A DNA stretch of 64,000 nucleotides from the NCBI GenBank assembly GCA_016712565.1, contig JADJQU010000033.1:5288-69287 (forward strand), read 5' to 3'. The translations under genes and the position numbers were made by a program. The notes under the pieces are model-generated. The model had not been told where the DNA came from, made no database searches, and saw only the letters and a program-made list of their open reading frames with translations. Below, piece after piece: positions 38,672 through 48,363 of this stretch. This DNA comes from Planctomycetota bacterium. Its GTDB lineage: Bacteria; Planctomycetota; UBA1135; GCA-002686595. Within the stretch, counting starts at the first letter, position 1, and every line of letters begins with the position of its first letter.

Positions 38672-39727
38672 TTACCTGAGCGATGCGTTGATCGCGGCCA
38701 GGGTCTTGCTGCCCGGGCACAGTTCGGCCTCGCCCAGGACGTTGAGCGGCGTGGAGACCGTGCCCAGGTGCTGGTGCATGTCCTTGGGCGCGCGGTCCAC
38801 GAAGAGCAGGCCGGTGACGAGCTCGCCCTTGGCGCCGTGGCGCTCCAGGAAGTCGAGGGCGCCCGCCTTGTCCGTGGGATCGAAATCCTGGGCGAGCTTG
38901 CGGAGGCGCAGGGTCGTGCCGTCGGGCGTCGAGATCTCCTCCACGGTGCCCGGCGCCTGCTGGAGCACGATCTCCTCGTGGTCCTCCATGACGTCGAGCT
39001 GATTGACCGCCTCGTTGTGCTCGCGCACCCAGTCGTAGCTCTTGGTCGAGCCGGCGTGATTGTTGAAGGCCACGCAGGGACTGATCACGTCCAGGAAGGC
39101 CGCGCCCCGGTGCTCGATGGCGGCCTTGAGCAGGGGCACGAGCTGCTCCTTGTCGCCGGAGAACGAGCGCGCCACGAAGCTCGCCCCGAGCTTGATCGCC
39201 ATGGAGACCATGTCGATGGGCTTGTCGGTGTTGACATCGCCCTTCTTCAGCATCGAGCCCTCGTCTGCGGTGGCCGAGCGCTGGCCCTTGGTGAGCCCGT
39301 ACACGCCGTTGTTCTCGACGATGTAGATCATGTCCACGCCGCGGCGGATCGAGTGCGCGAACTGTCCGAAACCGATCGAGGCCGAGTCGCCGTCGCCGGA
39401 GACCCCCAGGTAGATCAGATCCCGGTTCGCCATGTTCGCGCCGGTGAGCACCGAGGGCATGCGGCCGTGCACCGAGTTGAAGCCGTGGGAAGCGCCCAGG
39501 AAGTAGGTGGGCGTTTTCGACGAGCAGCCGATGCCCGAGAGCTTGGCCACGCGGTGGGGCGGGATCGAGAGCTCGTAGAAGGCCTGCACGATGGCCGCGC
39601 TGATCGAGTCGTGTCCGCAGCCGGCGCAGAGGGTCGAAATGGCGCCCTCGTAGTCGCGACGCGTGCAGCCCGCCTCGTTCTTGGCCAGGGAGGCGTGGTG
39701 GAATTTCGGACGAGCGATCCAGGTCAT
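38672..39727 (-). CDS. korB: 2-oxoacid:ferredoxin oxidoreductase, beta (ThDP-binding) subunit
   Basis: CAGCGHDSI and GVSGDGDSASIG, followed by YIVENNGVYGLTKGQ. Confidence 0.9.
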   Translation of the reverse strand: MTWIARPKFHHASLAKNEAGCTRRDYEGAISTLCAGCGHDSISAAIVQAFYELSIPPHRVAKLSGIGCSSKTPTYFLGASHGFNSVHGRMPSVLTGANMANRDLIYLGVSGDGDSASIGFGQFAHSIRRGVDMIYIVENNGVYGLTKGQRSATADEGSMLKKGDVNTDKPIDMVSMAIKLGASFVARSFSGDKEQLVPLLKAAIEHRGAAFLDVISPCVAFNNHAGSTKSYDWVREHNEAVNQLDVMEDHEEIVLQQAPGTVEEISTPDGTTLRLRKLAQDFDPTDKAGALDFLERHGAKGELVTGLLFVDRAPKDMHQHLGTVSTPLNVLGEAELCPGSKTLAAINASLR

Positions 39728-41583
39728 CGTGACACCTTTCCGTGGCCGGAGCCCTTGCCCGCGCCCGCTCCGGCCCGGACCGCGGCGCCGCAGCGCTCGC
39801 GGATCGCCTTGACGATGAAGCGCGCCGTGATCGGCGTACCGTCGTAGTGCAGCACGCTGATCACCCGGGCCGGATCGATCTGGCACTCGTGGGTCAAGAG
39901 CAGCTTCAACTGCGCGTCGCGGTTCTGTTCCACCAGGAACACGGTCTCGTGGCTCGCCACGAAGTCGGGCACCGCGTGGTGGAAGGGGAAGGCGCGCACG
40001 CGCATGGCGTCGAGGTGCAGCCCTTCGGCCGCCAGGAGCTCGATGGCCTCGTTCATGGCCGGGCTGGTGGAGCCGTAGTACAGCACGCCGATGGTGGTCG
40101 GCTCCTTGGAGCGCTGCACCACGGGCTGGGGCACCAGGCGCGCCGCCGTCTCGAACTTCCGCTGCAGGCGCGTCATGTTCTCGATGTAGTCCGGGCCCGC
40201 CTCGGAGTACTTCGCGTCGCGGTCCTTGGTGGTGCCGCGGGTGAAGAACGAGCCGCGCGAGGCGTGCGTGCCGGGCAGGGTGCGCACCGCGATCCCGTCG
40301 CCGTCGACGTCCCGGTAGCGGCCGAAGGCCCGGCCCTCGTCCAGTTCCTTGGCGCCGAGGACCTTGCCGCGATCCATGCGCTGCGCGTCGTCCCAGGCGA
40401 AGGGCGCGCACAGGCGGTCGTTCATGCCGATGTCCAGGTCGAGCAGCACGAACACCGGCGTTTGCAGCCGATCGGCCAGGTCGAAGGCCGCCGCCCCCAT
40501 GTCGAAGCACTCCTTCGGGTCCTCGGGGAAGAGCAGCACGTGCTTCGTGTCGCCGTGGCTCGCATAGGCGCAGGAGATCACGTCCGACTGCTGGGTGCGC
40601 GTGGGCATGCCCGTGGACGGGCCGCCGCGCTGCACGTCGAAGATCACCGACGGGATCTCGGCGAAGAAGGCCAGCCCCAGGAACTCCTGCATCAGCGAGA
40701 TTCCCGGGCCCGAGGTGGCGGTGAAGGCCCGCGCGCCGTTCCAGGCCGCGCCGATCACCATGCCGATCGAGGCCAATTCGTCCTCGGCCTGGATGATGGC
40801 GAAGCGCTTGGTGCCGTCGGCGTTGGTGCGGTGCTTGTTGCAGTAGCGCTGGAAGGCCTCGGCGAGCGAGGAGGAGGGCGTGATCGGGTACCAGGCGCAC
40901 ACCGACGCGCCGCCGTACACCGCGCCCAGGGCGGCGGCCGAGTTGCCGTCGACGAAGATGCGGTCCTTGACCGCGTCGCGGCGCTCGACCTTGAGCTCGA
41001 AAGGCCGAGGCAGGTTGGCGCGCGCCCACTCGCGGCCCAGGTCCAGGGAGTCCAGGTTGGGCTGCAGCAGCTTCTCCTTGCCCTTGTACTGCTCGCCGAT
41101 CAGCTTGGCGACGGTGTCGCGTTCGATGCCGAGCAGCTCGGTCAGCGCCCCGACGTAGATGATGTTCTTGAACACCTGGCGCTGGCGCGCGTCCTTGTAG
41201 CGCTCGTTGCACAGCGCCGTCAGGGGCATGCCCAGGGCCGTCACGTCGCCGCGCAGCTTCGAGGTCGGCACCGCGCGGGTCGAATCGTAGAACAGGAACC
41301 CGCCCGACTCGACCTCGGCCACGTCGGCGTCCCAGGTCTGCGCGTTCATGGCCACCATCAGGTCGACGCCGCCGCGGCGGCCCAGCCAGCCCTGCTCGCT
41401 GACGCGCACCTCGTACCAGGTGGGCAGGCCCTGGATGTTCGAGGGGAAGATGTTGCGCGGGCTGACGGGCACGCCCATGCGCAGGATCGACTTGGCGAAC
41501 AGCGTGTTGGCCGAGGCCGAACCCGAGCCGTTGACGTTGGCGAACTTGACGACGAAGTCGTTGACTCGGCTCAGCTTCGGCAT
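39724..41583 (-). CDS. korA: 2-oxoacid:ferredoxin oxidoreductase, alpha subunit
   Basis: FANVNGSGSASANTLFAKSI, AWYPITPSSSLAE and ATSGPGISLMQE. ATGA overlap with korB. Confidence 0.9.
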   Translation of the reverse strand: MPKLSRVNDFVVKFANVNGSGSASANTLFAKSILRMGVPVSPRNIFPSNIQGLPTWYEVRVSEQGWLGRRGGVDLMVAMNAQTWDADVAEVESGGFLFYDSTRAVPTSKLRGDVTALGMPLTALCNERYKDARQRQVFKNIIYVGALTELLGIERDTVAKLIGEQYKGKEKLLQPNLDSLDLGREWARANLPRPFELKVERRDAVKDRIFVDGNSAAALGAVYGGASVCAWYPITPSSSLAEAFQRYCNKHRTNADGTKRFAIIQAEDELASIGMVIGAAWNGARAFTATSGPGISLMQEFLGLAFFAEIPSVIFDVQRGGPSTGMPTRTQQSDVISCAYASHGDTKHVLLFPEDPKECFDMGAAAFDLADRLQTPVFVLLDLDIGMNDRLCAPFAWDDAQRMDRGKVLGAKELDEGRAFGRYRDVDGDGIAVRTLPGTHASRGSFFTRGTTKDRDAKYSEAGPDYIENMTRLQRKFETAARLVPQPVVQRSKEPTTIGVLYYGSTSPAMNEAIELLAAEGLHLDAMRVRAFPFHHAVPDFVASHETVFLVEQNRDAQLKLLLTHECQIDPARVISVLHYDGTPITARFIVKAIRERCGAAVRAGAGAGKGSGHGKVSR

Positions 41584-43355
41584 GCGGCCCCCGCGTGCGT
41601 CATTTCCAACAAGTACTTTTGCATGTCCCAGGCCCCGGTGGGGCAGCGTTCGGCGCACAGGCCGCAGTGCAGGCACACGTCCTCGTCCTTGACCATCACG
41701 CGCTCGGTCTTGAGCGGGCCCGAGACGTACAGGGCCTGCGTGAGTTCCAGGGCCGGCGCGCGCAGGTGCTTGCGCAGCGCGGGCTCCGGGTCGTTCCCCG
41801 TGAACGTGATGCAGTCCATCGGGCAGATGTCCACGCACGCATCGCACTCGATGCACAGTTTGTCCGAGAAGACCGTCTGCACGTCGCAGTTCAGGCAGCG
41901 CTGGGCTTCCGCGTAGGCGAGCTTCTCGTCGAAGCCGAGCTCCACCTCCATGCGGATGTCCTTGAGCGCCACCTCCTTGTCGCGCAGCGGGACCTTCTTG
42001 CGCGCGTCGTTCGAGGGGGCGTTGTCATAGCTCCATTCATGGATGCCCATCTTCTGGCTGACGACCTCCACGGCGGGCTGTGGACGCAGGCTCAGGTCCT
42101 CGCCGTTGCAGAGCTTGTCGATCGACACCGCGGCCTCGTGGCCGTGGGCGACCGCCCAGATGATGTTCTTGGGCCCGAAGGCCGCGTCGCCGCCGAAGAA
42201 CACGCGCGGGTGGGTCGAGCGCATGGTCTTGGGGTCGACCTTGGGCATGTCCCACGTGTCGAACTCCAGGCCGATGTCGCGCTCGATCCAGGGGAAGGCG
42301 TTTTCCTGGCCGATGGCCACCAGCACGTCGTCGCACTCCAGGGTCACGTCGGGCTCGCCGTTCGGCACCAGTTGGCGCCGGCCCTTGGCGTCCTTGACCG
42401 CGTGGACCTTCTGGAACACGACGCCGCGCAGCTTGCCGCCGTCGTGGAGGAACTCGACCGGCACCAGGAAGTTGAGGATCGGGATGCCTTCGTGCATCGC
42501 GTCCTCCTTTTCCCAGGGCGAGGCCTTCATTTCCTCGAAACCGGAGCGCACGACGACCGTGACCTGCTCGCCGCCCAGGCGGCGCGACGAACGACAGCAG
42601 TCCATGGCCGTGTTGCCGCCGCCCAGCACGATCACGCGCTTGCCGATCTTCGTCGTGTGGCCGAACGAGACGCTGGAGAGCCAGTCGATGCCGATGTGGA
42701 TGTTCGCGGCCGCTTCCTTGCGGCCGGGCACGTCGATCTCGCGACCCCGCGGCGCGCCGCAGCCGACGAAGATCGCGTCGTAGGGCTCGGCCAGGAGCTG
42801 CTTCAGGCTGGCGATCTTCTGCCCGGCGCGCAGTTCGACGCCCAGGTCGAGCACGTAGCCGACTTCCTCGTCGATCACCGTCTCGGGCAGGCGGAACTTG
42901 GGGATCTGCGTGCGCATCATGCCGCCCGCGAAGGGGTCGGCCTCGTAGATCACGACCTCGTAGCCCAGGGGGGCCAGGTCGCGCGCCACGGTCAACGAAG
43001 CCGGGCCAGCGCCGATGCAGGCCACGCGCTTGCCGTTCTTCTTGGCCGCCCGGGGAGGCATGCGGTCCGAGACGTCGCCCTTGTAGTCGGCGGCGACGCG
43101 CTTGAGGCGGCAGATGGCCACCGGCTCCTTCTCCACGCGCACACGCCGGCAGGCGGGCTCGCAGGGCCGGTCGCACGTGCGCCCGAGGATCCCCGGGAAG
43201 ACGTTCGACTTCCAGTTGACCATGTACGCGTCGGCGTACCGACCCGCGGAGATCAACCGGATGTACTCGGGGACGGGGGTGTGGGCGGGGCAGGCCCACT
43301 GGCAGTCGACCACCCGGTGGAAGTAGTCCGGGTTGGCGATGTCGGTCGGATCCAA
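41571..43355 (-). CDS. GltD-like NAD(P)H-dependent FAD oxidoreductase fused to a 2x[4Fe-4S] ferredoxin domain
   Basis: N-terminal Cys clusters (CQWACPAHTPVPEY, CDRPCEPAC). Dinucleotide folds (VACIGAGPASL, VLGGGNTAMD). C-terminal CIECDACVDICP and CLHCGLCAERCP. Overlaps the korA start by 13 nt. Confidence 0.85.
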   Translation of the reverse strand: MDPTDIANPDYFHRVVDCQWACPAHTPVPEYIRLISAGRYADAYMVNWKSNVFPGILGRTCDRPCEPACRRVRVEKEPVAICRLKRVAADYKGDVSDRMPPRAAKKNGKRVACIGAGPASLTVARDLAPLGYEVVIYEADPFAGGMMRTQIPKFRLPETVIDEEVGYVLDLGVELRAGQKIASLKQLLAEPYDAIFVGCGAPRGREIDVPGRKEAAANIHIGIDWLSSVSFGHTTKIGKRVIVLGGGNTAMDCCRSSRRLGGEQVTVVVRSGFEEMKASPWEKEDAMHEGIPILNFLVPVEFLHDGGKLRGVVFQKVHAVKDAKGRRQLVPNGEPDVTLECDDVLVAIGQENAFPWIERDIGLEFDTWDMPKVDPKTMRSTHPRVFFGGDAAFGPKNIIWAVAHGHEAAVSIDKLCNGEDLSLRPQPAVEVVSQKMGIHEWSYDNAPSNDARKKVPLRDKEVALKDIRMEVELGFDEKLAYAEAQRCLNCDVQTVFSDKLCIECDACVDICPMDCITFTGNDPEPALRKHLRAPALELTQALYVSGPLKTERVMVKDEDVCLHCGLCAERCPTGAWDMQKYLLEMTHAGAACRS

Positions 43356-43574
43356 GGTTCTGGGCCTCCTGAATCCCGCTCCTTCGAGGCGCTCGAGGGC
43401 ATAGCGGGCCCGCTACTCTATCGCGAGGCGCACTCCCGGCGGTAGACCCCGGAGGCGGGCCCCGGCCGGAGTGCCGTGGGGCGGGGGAGCCGGGGGAATC
43501 GCCCTCGACGCTCGCCGCGGATCGCGTATCGTGGTCCACCTCCCCAGACCGCGCGCAGGGCCCGCCTGACCTCC

Positions 43575-43805
43575 ATGGCAAGCTTCCGACTCGAACTCGA
43601 CCTCCCCAACAACATCGTCCTGGTCATGGTGACCGAGGACGACGGCAGCGAGCACGACTACCAGTTCGACTTCGACCCCCGCTCGGGCCGCTACGAATTC
43701 TCCGAGCGCGACCTGCTCGAGCGCGATTTCGGCGCCGAATGGGTCGAGGAGATGGACGAAGCCGTGCGCAAGGCGATCGCAGGCGCGATCGCCCCCCGCA
43801 AGTAG
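43575..43805 (+). CDS. small acidic hypothetical protein (76 aa), paralog of 12605-12841
   Basis: ATG at 43575, TAG at 43803-43805. Shares DG...Y...F....GRY-F-E-D-LE-DFG-E with the 12605 product. Lies 47 nt upstream of deoB on the same strand. Confidence 0.6.
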   Translation: MASFRLELDLPNNIVLVMVTEDDGSEHDYQFDFDPRSGRYEFSERDLLERDFGAEWVEEMDEAVRKAIAGAIAPRK

Positions 43806-43852
43806 GCCCCAGCCCGGTCCGGCCCGCCTCCGGCCGGCATTGCCCCCCGACC

Positions 43853-45028
43853 ATGCGACGCGTCTTCCTGATCGTCCTCGACTCGCTGGGCTGCGGGGCC
43901 CTGCCCGACGCGGCCGACTTCGGTGACCAGGGGGCCCACACCCTCGATCACCTGGCCCGCGCAGCCGGAGGCCTGTCCGTGCCGCGCCTCGCCGCCCTGG
44001 GCCTGGGACACGTCCCGGGCGTCACCGCCGTGCCGCGGGTGGTCCGTCCCGAGGGGGCCTTCGGGCGCTGCGCCGAGCGCTCCCCGGGCAAGGACACCTC
44101 GACCGGCCACTGGGAGATGATGGGGCTGGTCCTCGACCGGCAGTTCCCGACCTTCCCCCAGGGCTTCCCGCCCGAGATCCTGGAACCGTTCCTCGAGCGC
44201 ACCGGGCTGCCGGGCGTGCTGTGCAACCGGCCGGCCTCCGGCACGGAGGTGATCGAGCGCTTCGGCGTCGAGCACCTCGCGAGCGGCAAGCCGATCGTCT
44301 ACACCAGCGCCGACTCGGTGTTCCAGGTCGCGGCGCACGAAACGCAGTTCGGCCTCCAGCGCCTGTACGAGGTCTGCCAGGTGGCGCGCGAGATCCTCGA
44401 TCCCCACGGCGTGGGACGGGTCATCGCGCGGCCCTTCATCGGCAACCCCGGGGCCTTCCAGCGCACCTACCACCGGCGCGACTACTCGCTCGTGCCCTTC
44501 CGGGCCACGGCCCTGGATCGGCTGAAATCCGCGGGAATTCCCGTGGTCGGGGTGGGCAAGATCTCCGACATCTTCGCCGGCCGGGGCCTGACCCGGGACG
44601 TGCACACCGAGGGCAACGCCGACGGCATGCGGGCGACCCTGGAATTGGCCCAGACCCAGGACCGGGGGCTTGTGTTCGTCAATCTGGTGGACTTCGACAT
44701 GCTCTACGGACATCGCCGGGATGCCGCGGGCTACCGCGGGGCCTTGGAACGCTTCGACGCCGACCTCGCCCGGCTGGAGCCGCTGCTCGGCACCGAGGAC
44801 CTGCTCCTGCTCACCGCCGACCACGGCAACGACCCGACGTTCACCCAGACCACCGACCACACCCGCGAGTACGTGCCGATCCTGGCCGCCGGCAAGGGGG
44901 TGCGGCCGGGCGTGGAGCTCGGCACGCGCGAGTCCTTCGCCGACATCGGCGCCACGGTGGAGCAGGCGCTGGGGCTCTCCCCCGCGGGCCCCGGCGTTTC
45001 GTTCTTGGAGCAGATCCTGCGCCCATGA
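43853..45028 (+). CDS. deoB: phosphopentomutase
   Basis: VFLIVLDSLGCG, GKDTSTGHWEMMG, VNLVDFDMLYGHRRD and TADHGNDP. Confidence 0.9.
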   Translation: MRRVFLIVLDSLGCGALPDAADFGDQGAHTLDHLARAAGGLSVPRLAALGLGHVPGVTAVPRVVRPEGAFGRCAERSPGKDTSTGHWEMMGLVLDRQFPTFPQGFPPEILEPFLERTGLPGVLCNRPASGTEVIERFGVEHLASGKPIVYTSADSVFQVAAHETQFGLQRLYEVCQVAREILDPHGVGRVIARPFIGNPGAFQRTYHRRDYSLVPFRATALDRLKSAGIPVVGVGKISDIFAGRGLTRDVHTEGNADGMRATLELAQTQDRGLVFVNLVDFDMLYGHRRDAAGYRGALERFDADLARLEPLLGTEDLLLLTADHGNDPTFTQTTDHTREYVPILAAGKGVRPGVELGTRESFADIGATVEQALGLSPAGPGVSFLEQILRP

Positions 45029-46329
45029 ACGTGCGCGACGTACTGCTGCGCAAGCGCGACGGAGGCGAGCTGACCGCCGCCGAGATCGAAGGCTTCGTCG
45101 CCGGCGCGGTCGACGGCACGATCCCCGACTACCAGACCAGCGTGCTCCTGGCCTCCATCTTCCGCCACGGGCTTTCGCCGAGCGAGCTCTCGGCCTGGAC
45201 GCGGGCCATGCTGCACAGCGGGGCCGTGCTGTCCTTCGACCGCATCGCGGCCAAGAAGGTCGACAAACACTCCACCGGCGGCGTGGGCGACAAGGTCTCG
45301 ATCCCGCTCGCCCCCGCGGTCGCCGCCTGCGGAGTGGCCGTGCCGATGATCTCCGGCCGCGGTCTGGGCCACACCGGCGGCACGCTGGACAAGCTGGAGT
45401 CGATTCCGGGCTTCCGCACGCAGCTCGAGCCCCGGGAATTCGCGCAGGTGCTGGAACGCTGCGGGCTGGCGCTGATCGGCCAGACCGCCGGCATCGTGCC
45501 CGCCGACCGCAAGTTCTACGCCCTGCGCGACGCCACGGGCCTGGTGGAATCGATTCCCCTGATCGCCAGCTCGATCCTCTCCAAGAAGCTCGCCGAAGGC
45601 CTCGACGGGTTGGTGCTCGACATCAAGTTCGGTTCGGGGGCGTTCCTGCCGCCGATCGACAAGGGCCGCGAGCTGGCGCGCACCATGGTCGGCCTGGCGC
45701 GGGACATGGGTCTGCCCGTCAGCGTGTTCCTGACCTCGATGGAGCAGCCGCTCGGCGACACGGCCGGGCACACGCTCGAGATCGCGGAATCGATCGCCTG
45801 CCTCCGCGGCGGCGGGCCCGCGGACCTGCGCGAGCTCGTGCTGGCCCAGGGGGGCGAGATGCTGCGCCTGGGAGGCGTCGCCCAAGGGGAGGCGGACGGG
45901 GCGCGCCAGATCGCCGCCGCCCTCGATTCCGGGCGCGCCCTGGAGCGCTTCCGCACCGTGGTCGCGGCCCAGGGCGGCGACGTGCGCGTGATCGACGATC
46001 CGTCGCGACTGGCACGGGCGCCCCAGATTCACACCGTGGAGGCCGGCGCCGACGGCTGGCTTCGCTGGCGCGACGTGCGCGCCGTGGGCAACGCCATCGT
46101 CGCCCTGGGCGGCGGGCGAGACCGCGTGGAGGACAGCGTCGATCCCACGGTGGGCCTGCGTTTCCTCGCGCGCGCGGGCGAGCACATCCGCCGCGGCGCG
46201 CCGCTGTTCGAAGTCCATCACCGCTCGCGCGGGCTCGAGGCCGCGCTGGCGCGTCTGGCGGAGGCGTTCGAACTGTCTCCGACGGCCTGCGCGCCGGGTC
46301 CCCTGGTGGTCGAGCGCCTGCCCGCCTGA
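45025..46329 (+). CDS. deoA: thymidine/pyrimidine-nucleoside phosphorylase
   Basis: DKHSTGGVGDK, SGRGLGHTGGTLDKLE and ASSILSKK. ATGA overlap with deoB. Confidence 0.9.
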   Translation: MNVRDVLLRKRDGGELTAAEIEGFVAGAVDGTIPDYQTSVLLASIFRHGLSPSELSAWTRAMLHSGAVLSFDRIAAKKVDKHSTGGVGDKVSIPLAPAVAACGVAVPMISGRGLGHTGGTLDKLESIPGFRTQLEPREFAQVLERCGLALIGQTAGIVPADRKFYALRDATGLVESIPLIASSILSKKLAEGLDGLVLDIKFGSGAFLPPIDKGRELARTMVGLARDMGLPVSVFLTSMEQPLGDTAGHTLEIAESIACLRGGGPADLRELVLAQGGEMLRLGGVAQGEADGARQIAAALDSGRALERFRTVVAAQGGDVRVIDDPSRLARAPQIHTVEAGADGWLRWRDVRAVGNAIVALGGGRDRVEDSVDPTVGLRFLARAGEHIRRGAPLFEVHHRSRGLEAALARLAEAFELSPTACAPGPLVVERLPA

Positions 46330-46384
46330 GATCTCGCCGAGTCGACGCGGTTTCGCGAGCGGAAGGGTCTAAGATCCGGCCCAG

Positions 46385-48304
46385 GTGTTTGCCCCTCGAG
46401 TCCATTGGCCGCGCTTCCTCGCGATGGGCGTCCTGGCGCTCGGCGCGGGCTGCCGCTCGACCTTCGAGCGCCGCGACTGGAGCCAATACGACGGTCCGGG
46501 GGCGGCCCTGCTCCAGCAGGAGGAGCTGCCCTTCCCCCATGTGGACGACCCGCTGGAGCCCGTCAATCGTGTCGTCGCCTACCTCAATTTCCTCGGGCTG
46601 AAGTACCTGTTCGCGCCAGTGGCCTCCGTCTATCGCGGCGTGGTGCCCGGGACCGTGCGCGAGCACCTGCGGCTCGCCGGCAAGAACTTCCTCTACCCCG
46701 GGCGGGTCGTGAACAACCTGCTGCAGGGCCAGTGGGCCGACGCCGGGGAGGAGACCTCGCGTTTCGCCGTCAACACCACGCTCGGCATTCTCGGGCTGTT
46801 CGACCCTGCGCAGGACATGGGACTCGAGGCCCATGCGGAGGACTTCGGCCAGACCTTCGCCAAGTGGGGCTGGAAGAACAGCACCTACCTCTATCTGCCC
46901 GTCGTCGGTCCGAGCACGGTGCGCGACGGTCTCGGTCTCGTGCCCGACAGCCTGACGGATCTGGCCGTGCTGGACTGGCGCGTCAGTTTCGCTCGAGGCG
47001 TCAACCGGCGCAGCGACGAGGTCGAGCCCGCGCTGCGGCTGATCGAAGCCAACTACGACGCCTACGAGCCCGCCCGCGTGCTCTACACCCTGGAGCGTGA
47101 AGTCGAAGTCAGGGATTTCTCCTGGAAGGGCGACGGCAGCAGCGCGACCCAGACTCTGGAGGCGATCTTCCTCGCGCCCCAAAACCCAGGCTTTCCCGGC
47201 AGCGGTCGAACGGAATCGGTGCGCCTCTCCCGCGAAGCCAGCTTGCCCTACAACGTCTGGATCCAGCCCTATCCCGCGCCCCTCGTGTACGTGGTGCCCG
47301 GCATCGGCGGCCACCGGCTCGGCGACTCGGCCTTGGGATTGGCGGAGCTGTTCTTCGACAACGGCAGCTCCGTGGTGACCGTGGCCAATCCGACGAACTG
47401 GGAGTTCATCGCCAACGCCTCGTCCGTGCACTTGCCGGGCTACGTGCCGGTCGACTCGCGGGATCTGCACCAGGCCCTCAGCGCCATCGACCGGGACCTG
47501 GCCTCGCGCTGGCCGGGGCGCTTCACCTCCAAGCGCCTCGCCGGCCTTTCCATGGGCGCCTTCCAGGCCCTGTTCATCGCCGCCGACCGGGCGCGTGCCC
47601 CGCCGGACGGGCTCTTGAGCTTCGATCTGTACCTTGCCATCGATCCTCCGGTGAACCTGGAGCACGGCATGCGGACGGTGGATCGCTTCTACAACGCTCC
47701 CCTGGCCATTCCGGTGGCGGAGCGCGCGCGCCGCATCCGGCAGATCTTCGCCAAGGTGCTGCACCTGGCCGAGGGCCGGCTGCAGCCGGGGATCGAGCTG
47801 CCCTTCACGCGCCTGGAGGCCGAGTTCCTGATCGGACTCGCCTTTCGCCTCGACCTGCAGTACACGATTCTCCAGACCCAGGAACGCCACGATCAAGGCG
47901 TGCTGCAAACGCCGCGCTGGCGCCTGCGCCGCGCACCGGCATTCCGCGAGGCCTCGGAATATTCGTACCTCGACTACATGCACGCGTTCGTGCTGCCCTA
48001 CTACGCGGCCCGCGACCCCAGGATCACGTTCGACGAGGCGGGCGCGCGCCGACTGTTCGCGGACTGCGACCTGCGCTCGGTGGAGGCGGGGCTCTTCGCC
48101 AACGACCGCGTGCGCCTGTTCGCCAACGAGAACGACTTTCTGCTGCGGCCCGAGGACCTGGCCTGGCTGCGGGCGACCCTGGGCCGGAGGGCGCGCATTT
48201 TTCCGGCGGGCGGACACCTGGGGAACCTGCACCGCAGGGCGATCCAGGAGGCGATCCGCGAAGTGGCCGGAGTCGGCGCGTCCGCGCCGGGCGCCGCGCG
48301 CTGA
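46385..48304 (+). CDS. MlaA/VacJ-family lipoprotein fused to a C-terminal alpha/beta-hydrolase-like domain
   Basis: Lipobox LGAGC. MlaA core DPLEPVNRVV...NTTLGILGLFD...GQTFAKWGW...YLYLPVVGPSTVRD. C-terminal ~400 aa with GLSMG nucleophile-elbow-like motif. Confidence 0.75.
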   Translation: MFAPRVHWPRFLAMGVLALGAGCRSTFERRDWSQYDGPGAALLQQEELPFPHVDDPLEPVNRVVAYLNFLGLKYLFAPVASVYRGVVPGTVREHLRLAGKNFLYPGRVVNNLLQGQWADAGEETSRFAVNTTLGILGLFDPAQDMGLEAHAEDFGQTFAKWGWKNSTYLYLPVVGPSTVRDGLGLVPDSLTDLAVLDWRVSFARGVNRRSDEVEPALRLIEANYDAYEPARVLYTLEREVEVRDFSWKGDGSSATQTLEAIFLAPQNPGFPGSGRTESVRLSREASLPYNVWIQPYPAPLVYVVPGIGGHRLGDSALGLAELFFDNGSSVVTVANPTNWEFIANASSVHLPGYVPVDSRDLHQALSAIDRDLASRWPGRFTSKRLAGLSMGAFQALFIAADRARAPPDGLLSFDLYLAIDPPVNLEHGMRTVDRFYNAPLAIPVAERARRIRQIFAKVLHLAEGRLQPGIELPFTRLEAEFLIGLAFRLDLQYTILQTQERHDQGVLQTPRWRLRRAPAFREASEYSYLDYMHAFVLPYYAARDPRITFDEAGARRLFADCDLRSVEAGLFANDRVRLFANENDFLLRPEDLAWLRATLGRRARIFPAGGHLGNLHRRAIQEAIREVAGVGASAPGAAR

Positions 48305-48363
48305 GCGACGAACCCCGGGCCTGGCCGTTGTGGCCGGCCCGCGGCCGGAGTTAGGCTCTCGGG

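Noticed and set aside
39742-41916. 724-aa plus-strand ORF antisense to korA. Similar cases are 14151-16061, 16298-18283 and 56114-58327.
   Set aside because: All lie antisense to confidently identified genes and have Arg/Gly/Ala/Pro-rich composition typical of non-coding frames in GC-rich DNA.
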